Below, in pieces: positions 48,364-57,245 of a stretch of 64,000 nt of DNA. Where the stretch lies: IMG/VR virus record IMGVR_UViG_3300040801_002079, positions 248,001 through 312,000 of that record; one strand, given 5' to 3'. The notes beneath the pieces were generated by a model. The model did no database searches, was not told where the DNA came from, and worked only from the letters and a program-made list of their open reading frames with translations. Every line of letters begins with the position of its first letter. Within the stretch, counting starts at the first letter, position 1. The position numbers and the translations under genes were made by a program.

Positions 48364-48371
48364 TATAAATA
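48364..48371 (+). promoter_or_regulatory. Late promoter ahead of the 48412-55623 gene run
   Basis: TATAAATA; an opposing AATAAATA at 48388-48395 would serve the Nudix gene. Confidence 0.7.
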
Positions 48372-48411
48372 TATTACAAGATAACAATATTTATTAAACA
48401 AGGAGTTTGTT

Positions 48412-48777
48412 ATGGAAACGAGATTTATTAAGAAGCTTGACTTAAATCGAAACGGAGTTGGCATTGAAGTCACGGTTGTTAACGCAATTGATGTGGGAAC
48501 AGACGAGGATGGCAAAACACAGTATGAAATCTGGTTCATTAAAAATGATGAACTTGATCCAATCGACAAGCAGCGTTTGCTTGAAGTGTTGCAGAAGAGT
48601 GCTCGTGTTAATGATTTTCAGCCTCTCTACGAGACCTTAGCTGACGTAACGTTAGGAAACGGTCAAAATGCGTTGGATTATTTCCATCAGTATGTTAAGG
48701 TTCTATATCCTAGTGGTGTCATTCAGCGTCCGAAGCTGGGTAGAACTGCTATGACAAATAGACCTAACTTTGTATAA
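48412..48777 (+). CDS. Hypothetical protein (121 aa)
   Basis: AAGGAG RBS; LDPIDKQRL...TLGNGQNALDYFHQYVKV. Confidence 0.75.
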   Translation: METRFIKKLDLNRNGVGIEVTVVNAIDVGTDEDGKTQYEIWFIKNDELDPIDKQRLLEVLQKSARVNDFQPLYETLADVTLGNGQNALDYFHQYVKVLYPSGVIQRPKLGRTAMTNRPNFV

Positions 48778-48835
48778 AAATCCTAGCTAGGCTCACCCCT
48801 AGCTAGGTAGTATTTCAAATAATAAGGAGAAAGAT

Positions 48836-50209
48836 ATGGAAAACACCATATTCGTGCAAATTGCAAGTTACAAAGACCCCGAACTAATACCCACCTTAAA
48901 TGATTTAATTGAAAACGCGAAATATCCTGAGAATATCCATGTAGGAATCTCATGGCAACATGATGATAATGAGTCCCTAGAAGATTTCATGGACGCAGGA
49001 TTTGATGTACTGGGCTTCAAAGAGGACTTTTCTGACATTGAAGATTATCAGAAGATTACAGCGTTTGTTAATATGTCCAAGGGTGGAACCAAGCTCTCTG
49101 TTTTAGATATTGATTATATGAATACTAACGGGGCTTGCTGGGCAAGACATAAAATTCAGCAAATGTATTCCGGTGAAAAGTATACTTTGCAGCTTGATTC
49201 ACATCATCGCTTTGTAGAAGGTTGGGATGAATTGGCTGTAAATATGCTTGAGAGTCTACGTTCTGATGAATGTCCCAAGCCTTTATTGACCGCATATATA
49301 CCATCTTTTGATCCTGAAAATGATCCAGCATCAAGAATTCATGTACCATGGAAAATGGATTTTGATAGATTCATTCCAGAAGGTGCTGTATTTTTCAGAC
49401 CATCATCCATAGATGATTGGGAAGAAAGAGATCGGCCCATGCCTGCACGTTTTTTCTCCGCGCACTTTACATTTGCTGACGGGAAGTTTGCTGAAGAGGT
49501 CCAGCATGATCCCAATTATTTTTTCCATGGAGAGGAAATATCATTAGCTGTAAGGGCGTTTACGCATGGGTACGATCTCTTTCATCCTCATCGTGTTATT
49601 GCATGGCATGAGTACACCCGAAAGGGACGAACCAAAGTATGGGATGATCACACTACCCCTGAAAAAAATAAGGGTAAAGTCGAGCTTGACTGGGTTGAGA
49701 GAAACAATCTATGCCATAAGCGAAACCGAATATTGTTTGGAATGGATGGAGAAGACCCGAATCAAATTGATTTTGGAAAGTATGGTTTCGGCAATGTTAG
49801 AACTTTACGAGAGTATGAAGAATATGCTGGTATCAGTTTTGAACACAGAGGAGTCCAGCAGGAAACTCTTGATAAAATGGAACCACCGAACAATCTTCCG
49901 TATGAAACAGAAGAAGAATGGAAAGACACATTCTGTCGATCAAATGACGTAAGAATTTTATTCCACCGAGATGAATTGGGTGAGATAAAGGATGATTACG
50001 ATTTCTTCTATGTCGGCGCACACGATGAAGACTATGACGAAATTTATCGGGAAGATTTAACTGAGGCCAAAATCAAGCAATACCTGCAAAACGAATGGTT
50101 TGATTTTAGACTAATATTTTTAGCAAATCGTATACCTAAAACTTTCACTGTTTGGCCTCACAGCAAATCTGATGGATGGGGTGAACGTATTGTAAAAGAT
50201 GTGGAGTAA
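48836..50209 (+). CDS. GT60-family (Gnt1/Gnt2-like) polypeptide N-acetylglucosaminyltransferase
   Basis: IFVQIASYKDPEL, GACWARH, LQLDSHHRF..GWD, FHGEEISLAVRAFTHGYDLFHP, WHEY.R: GT60/PF11397 motifs. Confidence 0.85.
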   Translation: MENTIFVQIASYKDPELIPTLNDLIENAKYPENIHVGISWQHDDNESLEDFMDAGFDVLGFKEDFSDIEDYQKITAFVNMSKGGTKLSVLDIDYMNTNGACWARHKIQQMYSGEKYTLQLDSHHRFVEGWDELAVNMLESLRSDECPKPLLTAYIPSFDPENDPASRIHVPWKMDFDRFIPEGAVFFRPSSIDDWEERDRPMPARFFSAHFTFADGKFAEEVQHDPNYFFHGEEISLAVRAFTHGYDLFHPHRVIAWHEYTRKGRTKVWDDHTTPEKNKGKVELDWVERNNLCHKRNRILFGMDGEDPNQIDFGKYGFGNVRTLREYEEYAGISFEHRGVQQETLDKMEPPNNLPYETEEEWKDTFCRSNDVRILFHRDELGEIKDDYDFFYVGAHDEDYDEIYREDLTEAKIKQYLQNEWFDFRLIFLANRIPKTFTVWPHSKSDGWGERIVKDVE

Positions 50210-50212
50210 ATT

Positions 50213-52525
50213 ATGTCTGACGGTATTATTTTATCAGCATATGGCTCCCATAATGCTACAATCTCCATGTACCACAACGGTGAATACCACGTTGTAGAAT
50301 TAGAGCGGTGGTTAAATAAGAAGAACTCCGGGTTAGCAGGGTATCTTCCAGCAAAGTATCCACAAAAGGTATTTGATGATGTTATGGAATACCTGTTCGA
50401 AAGAGCAGGTACCCGTAAAGTCGATCTTTTCCTATCCAATTATTTCACTAAGATTGATTTCACTGGATACGATATAAAGGAATTCAGAAGATTTGATCAT
50501 CACCAGTCTCACGCCGCTGGAGCATATTATCAGTCTGATTTTGAAAAGTCTTTAATTTTCACCTATGATGGTGGAGGAAACGGATCATTCTTTAACGTAT
50601 ATATTTCTGAAAGTAGAGATACCGGCCCAAAATTGATTGATAGGTTCGATCTTGATCTGGGCTTCCCTTACATGGTTCTAGCCGACCACTTATCTGATAT
50701 CAGAAAAGAACCTCTAAACATTGGAAATTTGGTTTATGCTGGAAAGTTAATGGGGCTTTGTGCTTATGGTACCGTTCGAGATGAATGGATGCCCCACTTC
50801 ATGAATTTCTATAAAAGGTTCCGGTATGGCGGAGATGCATTTAAGGGCGGTGCTGAAGTGCGAATTTCAGCAACAAACGAACTGTTCAGTGCAATAGGTG
50901 TTAATGATGTTGATTTCGAACTGGAAACCACGCGGTTTGACGGCGAATTTTCATGGGATATTGCGGCAACGTCACAGGCAGCGTTCGAGGAAGTATTCCT
51001 TGAATTAGCAATGCCTTACATTAACAAGTATAGCCCGGAAGAATATCCCATATGCCTTTCAGGTGGATGCGCTCTTAATGTTCTACTCAATGCCCGATTA
51101 TTAAAGATGGTGGGTAAAAACAATATTTTTGTGCCACCAAATACAAATGATTGCGGCATAGCCGTTGGTGGATTGCTAGATTACATAAAGCCGCGTGAAG
51201 TTGTGGATTTGACGTATTCTGGATTGCCCATAATGGACGAAAGAGAGTACACTGCACTAATAGAAGATAATCCTGTAAAGGCTATAGATGAAATCACCTT
51301 AGATGACTTATCAACCCTACTAGCTGAGAATTATATTGTAGGAGTGGTCAGGGGAAATTCTGAGCATGGTCCTAGAGCGCTGGGTAATCGTAGTATATTG
51401 TGTAATCCAGTGGGTGACATGAAGGATGTCCTTAATAAGAAGGTGAAAGACCGTGAATGGTATCGCCCATTTGCCCCACTGGTAAGATATGAGGATGTAT
51501 CCACATATTTTGATTTCGATTCAGAAAGTCGCCACATGACGTTTGTTGCAGATGTTAGGGATACTGAGAAGTTTCCTGCCATCACGCACGTTGACGGCAC
51601 CGGACGGTTGCAGACAGTTACCCGCGAACAAAATGAGTTCATATATGATTTAATAACACAGTTTAAAGAAAAGGCTGGGCATGGTGTTATTCTCAATACA
51701 TCCTTTAATGTTAACGGTAAACCAATTCTTACCAGACTAAGTGATGCCTTTAAGATTTTAATGGATACCGAATTGGATTGTGTATATTATGATGGAAAAA
51801 TAATTTTCAAAAGTAATAGAGAAAATGAATTTAATAATCTTTTAAGGTATGAGCCGGTGTCCATGGATCACACAAACTTCACCGTGTATGTTGACGCTTT
51901 TACAAACAGTGAAGATGAATTCAAAGCACTTCTGCCAAAGTTGGATGAGCTTCAGATGCGCTATAAAAAATTAATGATAGTTCTTAATGAACGTCATATG
52001 CATTTATTTACAGTTAAATCAGATGCCACTATAATACCCAGAGGGCAGAGGCAAATGTTTTATAGGGACATGATTGGTGGCGCAGGCTTTCCAAATAAAG
52101 AAGTTGATTTCATTAAGCCTCTGTGGTTTAAGGACATAATTGAAAACAACGCTTTGCAGTCAGATTATCACATTGTTGTCGATTTAACCTTTGAAAAATC
52201 CTTTGAAAATTTCAAAGAGTTTATGACTAAATATATGGGCGAAGCAGATGTCGCAAATAGTATCATTACTGACACTGAAGACTTTTCAACAATAACAGTG
52301 AAAGAGTTCTTATCTAAGCGCAGTAATTACGTAGAAACCAATGATAGATATCCTAGATTCGGGTTATATGCCGGATATTCAGAACTAATGTCTTGGTTTT
52401 TAAGAACATACGAAGGAAACCTACGCTACCATATGCTAAATGGGCGAGGAGAATCCAGTAGAGACTATTTAGCGATTCAATATTTAGAAAACGAAGGTAA
52501 ATTTTTAATTTTGGAACAACAATGA
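50213..52525 (+). CDS. O-carbamoyltransferase (CmcH/NodU family) with extra C-terminal domain
   Basis: SHNA, ELER, HHQSHAA, DGGG, GKLMGL, SGGCALNV, NDCG, EHGPRALGNRS, REWYRPFAP, HVDGTGRLQTV, LNTSFN. Confidence 0.93.
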   Translation: MSDGIILSAYGSHNATISMYHNGEYHVVELERWLNKKNSGLAGYLPAKYPQKVFDDVMEYLFERAGTRKVDLFLSNYFTKIDFTGYDIKEFRRFDHHQSHAAGAYYQSDFEKSLIFTYDGGGNGSFFNVYISESRDTGPKLIDRFDLDLGFPYMVLADHLSDIRKEPLNIGNLVYAGKLMGLCAYGTVRDEWMPHFMNFYKRFRYGGDAFKGGAEVRISATNELFSAIGVNDVDFELETTRFDGEFSWDIAATSQAAFEEVFLELAMPYINKYSPEEYPICLSGGCALNVLLNARLLKMVGKNNIFVPPNTNDCGIAVGGLLDYIKPREVVDLTYSGLPIMDEREYTALIEDNPVKAIDEITLDDLSTLLAENYIVGVVRGNSEHGPRALGNRSILCNPVGDMKDVLNKKVKDREWYRPFAPLVRYEDVSTYFDFDSESRHMTFVADVRDTEKFPAITHVDGTGRLQTVTREQNEFIYDLITQFKEKAGHGVILNTSFNVNGKPILTRLSDAFKILMDTELDCVYYDGKIIFKSNRENEFNNLLRYEPVSMDHTNFTVYVDAFTNSEDEFKALLPKLDELQMRYKKLMIVLNERHMHLFTVKSDATIIPRGQRQMFYRDMIGGAGFPNKEVDFIKPLWFKDIIENNALQSDYHIVVDLTFEKSFENFKEFMTKYMGEADVANSIITDTEDFSTITVKEFLSKRSNYVETNDRYPRFGLYAGYSELMSWFLRTYEGNLRYHMLNGRGESSRDYLAIQYLENEGKFLILEQQ

Positions 52526-53415
52526 GTGCACATTTTGTAACTTGCATATATAATGGATTAAATCAAAGTGAACTGTGTGGCAGGCTAAATCGTGAACGCC
52601 CGTATAAGTATTCACTTTCAACCATAGCAAAAACCAATAATAAGATTATATGTTATACTTCCCCGGATGAACTGAGTGGAATGCGATCAGATTTTCCAAG
52701 GGAGCGGTTTCCTAATATCGAATTACTCCCATGGAGCCTATATGCAATGACATTCCATAAGCGGGTAAATTCTGTACGCAACAAGGACGCACATATATAC
52801 AGGGAGTCCCCAGACTGGAGAGATCGCTGTGTTGAAATTATGTGGGGCAAATTCTTATTCATAAAAGATTCAATTGTAAACAATCAAGAATCTGAATATG
52901 TATACTGGATTGATGCGGGCATTTCACATCCGGGAATAATTCATAGCAGGTTTAACCCACACTATGATCATAATATTGGGTTTGTTCGGGATTTGGATAA
53001 ATCAACCTACCCCACCACATTTAAAAACGACTTGATATTTGACGAACAGTTTATGGATAGCCTGATTAACTATACGGGTCCCGATAAGATATTGAACGTT
53101 GCTGCAAAGGGGCCACAGCATCCCAGATTAAGCTACGATAATAAATTCATTGGTTCAGTTATAGGTGGAATCTTTGGTGGTCACAGGGATTTAATGGAAA
53201 AATATTGCAATGAGGTTACAGCGCAGTTTGAAGAATATCTTTATAATAAGGAACAACTGTGCAAAGAAGAGCAGATTATGACCGAGATACTTTCAGAAGG
53301 AACTCTACCAATTAAGACATTCATATTTGATACATGGTACCATCCTGACTGGGAAGATCGATATAATGAGTCTCAGGTTAGTTTTTGCGACTTCTTTGAT
53401 GAGATTAGAAAATGA
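52522..53415 (+). CDS. HtrL/YibB-like glycosyltransferase
   Basis: HFVTCIY, IMWGKFLF, YVYWIDAG, IGGIFGG, KEEQIMT. Confidence 0.7.
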   Translation: MSAHFVTCIYNGLNQSELCGRLNRERPYKYSLSTIAKTNNKIICYTSPDELSGMRSDFPRERFPNIELLPWSLYAMTFHKRVNSVRNKDAHIYRESPDWRDRCVEIMWGKFLFIKDSIVNNQESEYVYWIDAGISHPGIIHSRFNPHYDHNIGFVRDLDKSTYPTTFKNDLIFDEQFMDSLINYTGPDKILNVAAKGPQHPRLSYDNKFIGSVIGGIFGGHRDLMEKYCNEVTAQFEEYLYNKEQLCKEEQIMTEILSEGTLPIKTFIFDTWYHPDWEDRYNESQVSFCDFFDEIRK

Positions 53416-55067
53416 AAAATCAACTAACATTAGTTACAGCATTATTTGACTTGGGCAGAGAGCATCTACCCGAGGGGTTCAGTAGGGGGTTTGATCATTA
53501 TCTGGAATGTTTTGAAAAGCTCTTACAGGTCGATTACCCGATGGTTATATTTGTTGATAAGGAATTAAATGATTGGGTAAATGAACGTAGACAGGGTAAA
53601 CAAACACATATTGTAAATAAATCAAGAGAAGATTTAGAGTCATTTCCTTTTTACACTGAAGTTCAAGAAATAAGAACAAGCCAAGACTGGATCAACAGGG
53701 CTGGGTGGATTCCAGATAGCCCGCAAGCTAAGCTCCCATTATATAATCCCGTTGTAATGAGTAAGCAGTTCTTTATGAATGATGCAACACTTATGAATAT
53801 TTTTAATACGAAATATTTCATGTGGATCGATGCTGGCATATCGAATACCATAGGTGATCCAAAGGGATACATTGATGAAGAATTTGGTGATAAGATATCC
53901 AAAGTATTCAGTAACAACAAGATGCATTATCTTTGCTTCCCCTATGAGCCTGCTGCTGAAGTTCATGGATTTGAAAAAGACGCAATGTTTCGCTATGCGG
54001 GACAGGAAACAAAACATGTAGCAAGAGGCGGTATATTCGGTGGCAGCATAGATGCTATTAACATAATAAACGAATCATATTATGCTGAGTTGTCAGAGAC
54101 TATACGATCAGGGTATATGGGAACAGAGGAGAGTATATTCACGATTCTCACATACAAGCACAAGCATCTATGCACTTGTCATATGATTGAGTCTGATGGA
54201 CTCGTGTATAGATTTTTGGAAAAGATAAAGAACATGAAAAAGGATTCATATAACTCATTATTGGCAGTATATGTATTAACCTTTAATTTACCTAAACAAT
54301 TTGCATTATGGGCTGAAAAATTTGAGAAGAACTTAGAAAATAATCTTAGGGATGAAACAGTACGCTATGTAATAAACAACTCCACTGACCCTAGCGTGGA
54401 AGCCGAATACAGCGAACTGTTTAAAAAGTATGGGTTTGAAGAACTTAAGTTTGATAATATTGGGATATGTGGAGCTAGACAGGTAGCAGCAGAACATTTC
54501 GAAGAAAATAATCACAAGTATATGATTTTCTTTGAAGATGATATGTTACTATGTGGATCAGAGGATGAAGGAAAATATTGTAAAAATGGATTCAGAAAAT
54601 ATTTTCCAGATATTATTAGCAAATCTATGTCGATAATGGAAAGTGAATCATTGGACTATTTCAAGCTTTGCTTCTCAGAATTTTACGGTGATAACCATGA
54701 TAACTGGGCATGGTACAATGTCCCACAGGAAAAAAAGGACAAGTGGTTTTTAACAAATAAAAACTCAAGTGACCCAAAGAAGGTTAGAATTCATTACACC
54801 AGTGCATTTAGAGGGGTACCATATGCTGTGGGCGAGTACCACTATTGCAATTGGCCCCTGCTATTTAACAGAGAAGGCAACAGAAAGATATTTCTGGATA
54901 CCAAGTTTGAACATAAGTTTGAACAAACATGGATGAGTTTTGTAATGGAACTTATTGTGGATAAAAAAATTAAACCCGGATGTTTGTTGGGCAGTGCCAT
55001 AACACATCATAGGGAGTTTCACTATAGTAAAGAAATTAGGCGAGAAAATGAACACTACACCAATTAA
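53412..55067 (+). CDS. HtrL/YibB-like glycosyltransferase fused to a GT-A (GT2-like) domain
   Basis: TLVTALFDLGR, YNPVVMSK.F, YFMWIDAG, RGGIFGG, GTEESIF; second half NIGICGAR, FFEDDM. Confidence 0.78.
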   Translation: MKNQLTLVTALFDLGREHLPEGFSRGFDHYLECFEKLLQVDYPMVIFVDKELNDWVNERRQGKQTHIVNKSREDLESFPFYTEVQEIRTSQDWINRAGWIPDSPQAKLPLYNPVVMSKQFFMNDATLMNIFNTKYFMWIDAGISNTIGDPKGYIDEEFGDKISKVFSNNKMHYLCFPYEPAAEVHGFEKDAMFRYAGQETKHVARGGIFGGSIDAINIINESYYAELSETIRSGYMGTEESIFTILTYKHKHLCTCHMIESDGLVYRFLEKIKNMKKDSYNSLLAVYVLTFNLPKQFALWAEKFEKNLENNLRDETVRYVINNSTDPSVEAEYSELFKKYGFEELKFDNIGICGARQVAAEHFEENNHKYMIFFEDDMLLCGSEDEGKYCKNGFRKYFPDIISKSMSIMESESLDYFKLCFSEFYGDNHDNWAWYNVPQEKKDKWFLTNKNSSDPKKVRIHYTSAFRGVPYAVGEYHYCNWPLLFNREGNRKIFLDTKFEHKFEQTWMSFVMELIVDKKIKPGCLLGSAITHHREFHYSKEIRRENEHYTN

Positions 55068-55623
55068 AAAGTATTTTATTATCAGTCTTCCCCGGACGGG
55101 AACAAAAAGCTTATGTAACATGGCTCACACGCTTGGGTTTAAATTTAAGCATGTTCCATCAGTTACGCTGCCTCGCCTACTCAATGAAAACGAAATACAG
55201 GTATTTGCTGATACGCCAATATTTACCCCCTCAACATTCACCGAACTTTGCAATAATGAAAATCATTATTTTATCTACATAAAGCGAGACATGGAAAGCT
55301 GGGTTGATTCTCTGGAGCGGGTTAATTTACATAATAACTATATGGCTCTCCATACAGGAAAAGTGCCAGAGAATTGTATGAACAAAATGGACCGGGAATG
55401 TCTAGAAGAGCTATTTAATAATCAAGATTATTCCACTGAGCTAGCTAAAGAGCGGTACAGATGGCACTATAATAAAGTGACTCACATTATTCCAGAGGAC
55501 AGGCTTCTTGTGTATAGCTTCGATATGGGATGGGAACCTCTAGCTGCGTTCATGGAAAAAGAGCCTCCCGTGGCAGATGTGCCACAAATCAACAAAAACA
55601 CAATGTTTGATCCTATTGTTTAG
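55048..55623 (+). CDS. Sulfotransferase-family P-loop protein
   Basis: SLPRTGTKSL (5'-PSB loop), DTP, RD.ESWVDS (3'-PB), PEDRLLV, GWEPL..F. Confidence 0.8.
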   Translation: MNTTPIKKYFIISLPRTGTKSLCNMAHTLGFKFKHVPSVTLPRLLNENEIQVFADTPIFTPSTFTELCNNENHYFIYIKRDMESWVDSLERVNLHNNYMALHTGKVPENCMNKMDRECLEELFNNQDYSTELAKERYRWHYNKVTHIIPEDRLLVYSFDMGWEPLAAFMEKEPPVADVPQINKNTMFDPIV

Positions 55624-56792
55624 ATTACACTAACATCAGAATCTGATGTGTTGCAAACAGATATAGTAAGTGTGTAAGTGATACTGATAGCCACATCCTT
55701 TGCTTTAGGAATTGGAGTAAAGATGATATGTGTCAGCAAACGCTCCCTTTCATTTTCGGGTATAATAGGATCATTTGCAACACCGGCAACCTGACCTGTT
55801 ATACTAGATACATTGCAATTCGCACAAACCCCATCAGTAACAATGTTACCAAAGTCGGCAGGAGCGCTGTCATTACATCCTATAACTACGGAAGAATTCG
55901 CGCCAGTGTCTTTACTCTGGAATGTGAGTAGCCCGTAAGATTGCTTACCAATAATGGTTGGATATGTCCCCCCGGAGTTATCTGTAATGAATACATATAC
56001 AAATTCATTAATGGGGTCTCCTCCTGAAAGCCAACTGCCGGTATTAATGCCTTCACAAATATCACCATAGGTAATCTGTCCTGTCGGTCCAGTGCCCGCA
56101 GATGGCGTTAAAAGTGTTGCACTATAAGACAAGCCATCTACTGTTAAATCTATCGTTAGGGTTGAGTTCAGGGGCACGGAAGATACATCGGAAGCCACCT
56201 TATCATTCACAAATATACTAGCATACCCCGGAGAAGAAACAGCGGGTAAGCCGGGACTATAAAGCCCAATTTCATCAAATGTGAAATCTTCGTCCCCTGT
56301 TGGTGAAAGAATGGACAAATCCTGACCATTCGGTTCATTTTCATTCAGAAATACCTTTATAACAACGTTCGATTTAATACCTGCTTCCTGAGAAGTTACT
56401 CCCGCTCCAATCGGATCAGATAGGGGATCACTTCCACCCCCGGTTCTAACAGTATTGGGTCCAGCAGAGCCTGTATCGATGCCTAAATCGGTATTAGCTT
56501 CATCCACTACCTCAGAATAGGTTTCATTATATAGACGAGACTCCCATCCATCTATTCTGCCATCGTTTGGGGGGTTAAAGATTAAATTATCACCAACATC
56601 TTTAAAGGTTCCACCGTTGCCGAAAGCCATTCGGTGAATGATTGAGTTTGGCTCATTAGCTAAAGCTCGTGCCAAAATTCGTGACATATTTTGTGGGTGT
56701 ATCGCGTTTGACTTATCAACGAGAACTTTATTATTGGTTTCATCACGAATAAGAACATTCGTTTCTATTTGTACATTCATACCGTCTTTCAT
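55620..56792 (-). CDS. Virion structural protein (baseplate/tail-collar-like)
   Basis: NAIHPQNMS..LA.AL, MAFGNGG, FDEIGLYS, LLTHIIF.PI.K; two TATAAATA upstream (56811, 56827). Confidence 0.65.
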   Translation of the reverse strand: MKDGMNVQIETNVLIRDETNNKVLVDKSNAIHPQNMSRILARALANEPNSIIHRMAFGNGGTFKDVGDNLIFNPPNDGRIDGWESRLYNETYSEVVDEANTDLGIDTGSAGPNTVRTGGGSDPLSDPIGAGVTSQEAGIKSNVVIKVFLNENEPNGQDLSILSPTGDEDFTFDEIGLYSPGLPAVSSPGYASIFVNDKVASDVSSVPLNSTLTIDLTVDGLSYSATLLTPSAGTGPTGQITYGDICEGINTGSWLSGGDPINEFVYVFITDNSGGTYPTIIGKQSYGLLTFQSKDTGANSSVVIGCNDSAPADFGNIVTDGVCANCNVSSITGQVAGVANDPIIPENERERLLTHIIFTPIPKAKDVAISITYTLTISVCNTSDSDVSVI

Positions 56793-56897
56793 TAAAGGCT
56801 CCTGAAATAATATTTATACCTAACTGTATTTATATAAAAAGATGCAGTGCGTAAATTCAGCTATAAATATATAAAAGAGTAATTTAAGGAGACTTTT

Positions 56898-57047
56898 ATG
56901 TTTTTTTCATTTATGCTAGGCGCATTAGTTATGTTGGTTTTTGGTGTATTCGCACCCAATACATTTACCAAAATGACCGGAATGGTTCGTTCACTTTGGG
57001 ATAAAGTTAAAGAAGAAGAACAAACGGACGATTTCTCGGGAAAATAG
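56898..57047 (+). CDS. 49-aa single-TM membrane protein (below ORF-track cutoff)
   Basis: TATAAATA 56862, TAAGGAGA RBS, MFFSFMLGALVMLVFGVFAPNTFTKMTGMVRSLWDKVKEEEQTDDFSGK*. Confidence 0.8.
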   Translation: MFFSFMLGALVMLVFGVFAPNTFTKMTGMVRSLWDKVKEEEQTDDFSGK

Positions 57048-57128
57048 AACGGGGCAATGATTTGCTTGCGGGGCTGTGTCCCGACAACGAAGATGAGTGT
57101 ATTGAGCGCTTAAAGCAACATTGCCCCG
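57038..57128 (+). other. Candidate -1 ribosomal frameshift signal
   Basis: G GGA AAA in frame just before TAG; 5 nt later stem CGGGGCAATG (57050-57059) / CATTGCCCCG (57119-57128). Confidence 0.72.
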
Positions 57129-57232
57129 ATTTAGATGAAAAATGTCTTGCAAGTTTATCCCAGATGGACTACTATCTTGTGGGAAGGGAAAACTATAATT
57201 TAACCCCTGAACAAACAGATAACAAGTCTTAA
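57044..57232 (+). CDS. -1 frame extension (62 codons) of the 49-aa membrane protein
   Basis: IERGNDLLAGLCPDNEDECIERLKQHCPDLDEKCLASLSQMDYYLVGRENYNLTPEQTDNKS*; fills the gap to the thyA RBS; no own RBS/start. Confidence 0.62.
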   Translation: MERGNDLLAGLCPDNEDECIERLKQHCPDLDEKCLASLSQMDYYLVGRENYNLTPEQTDNKS

Positions 57233-57245
57233 CTGGGAGAAAACT

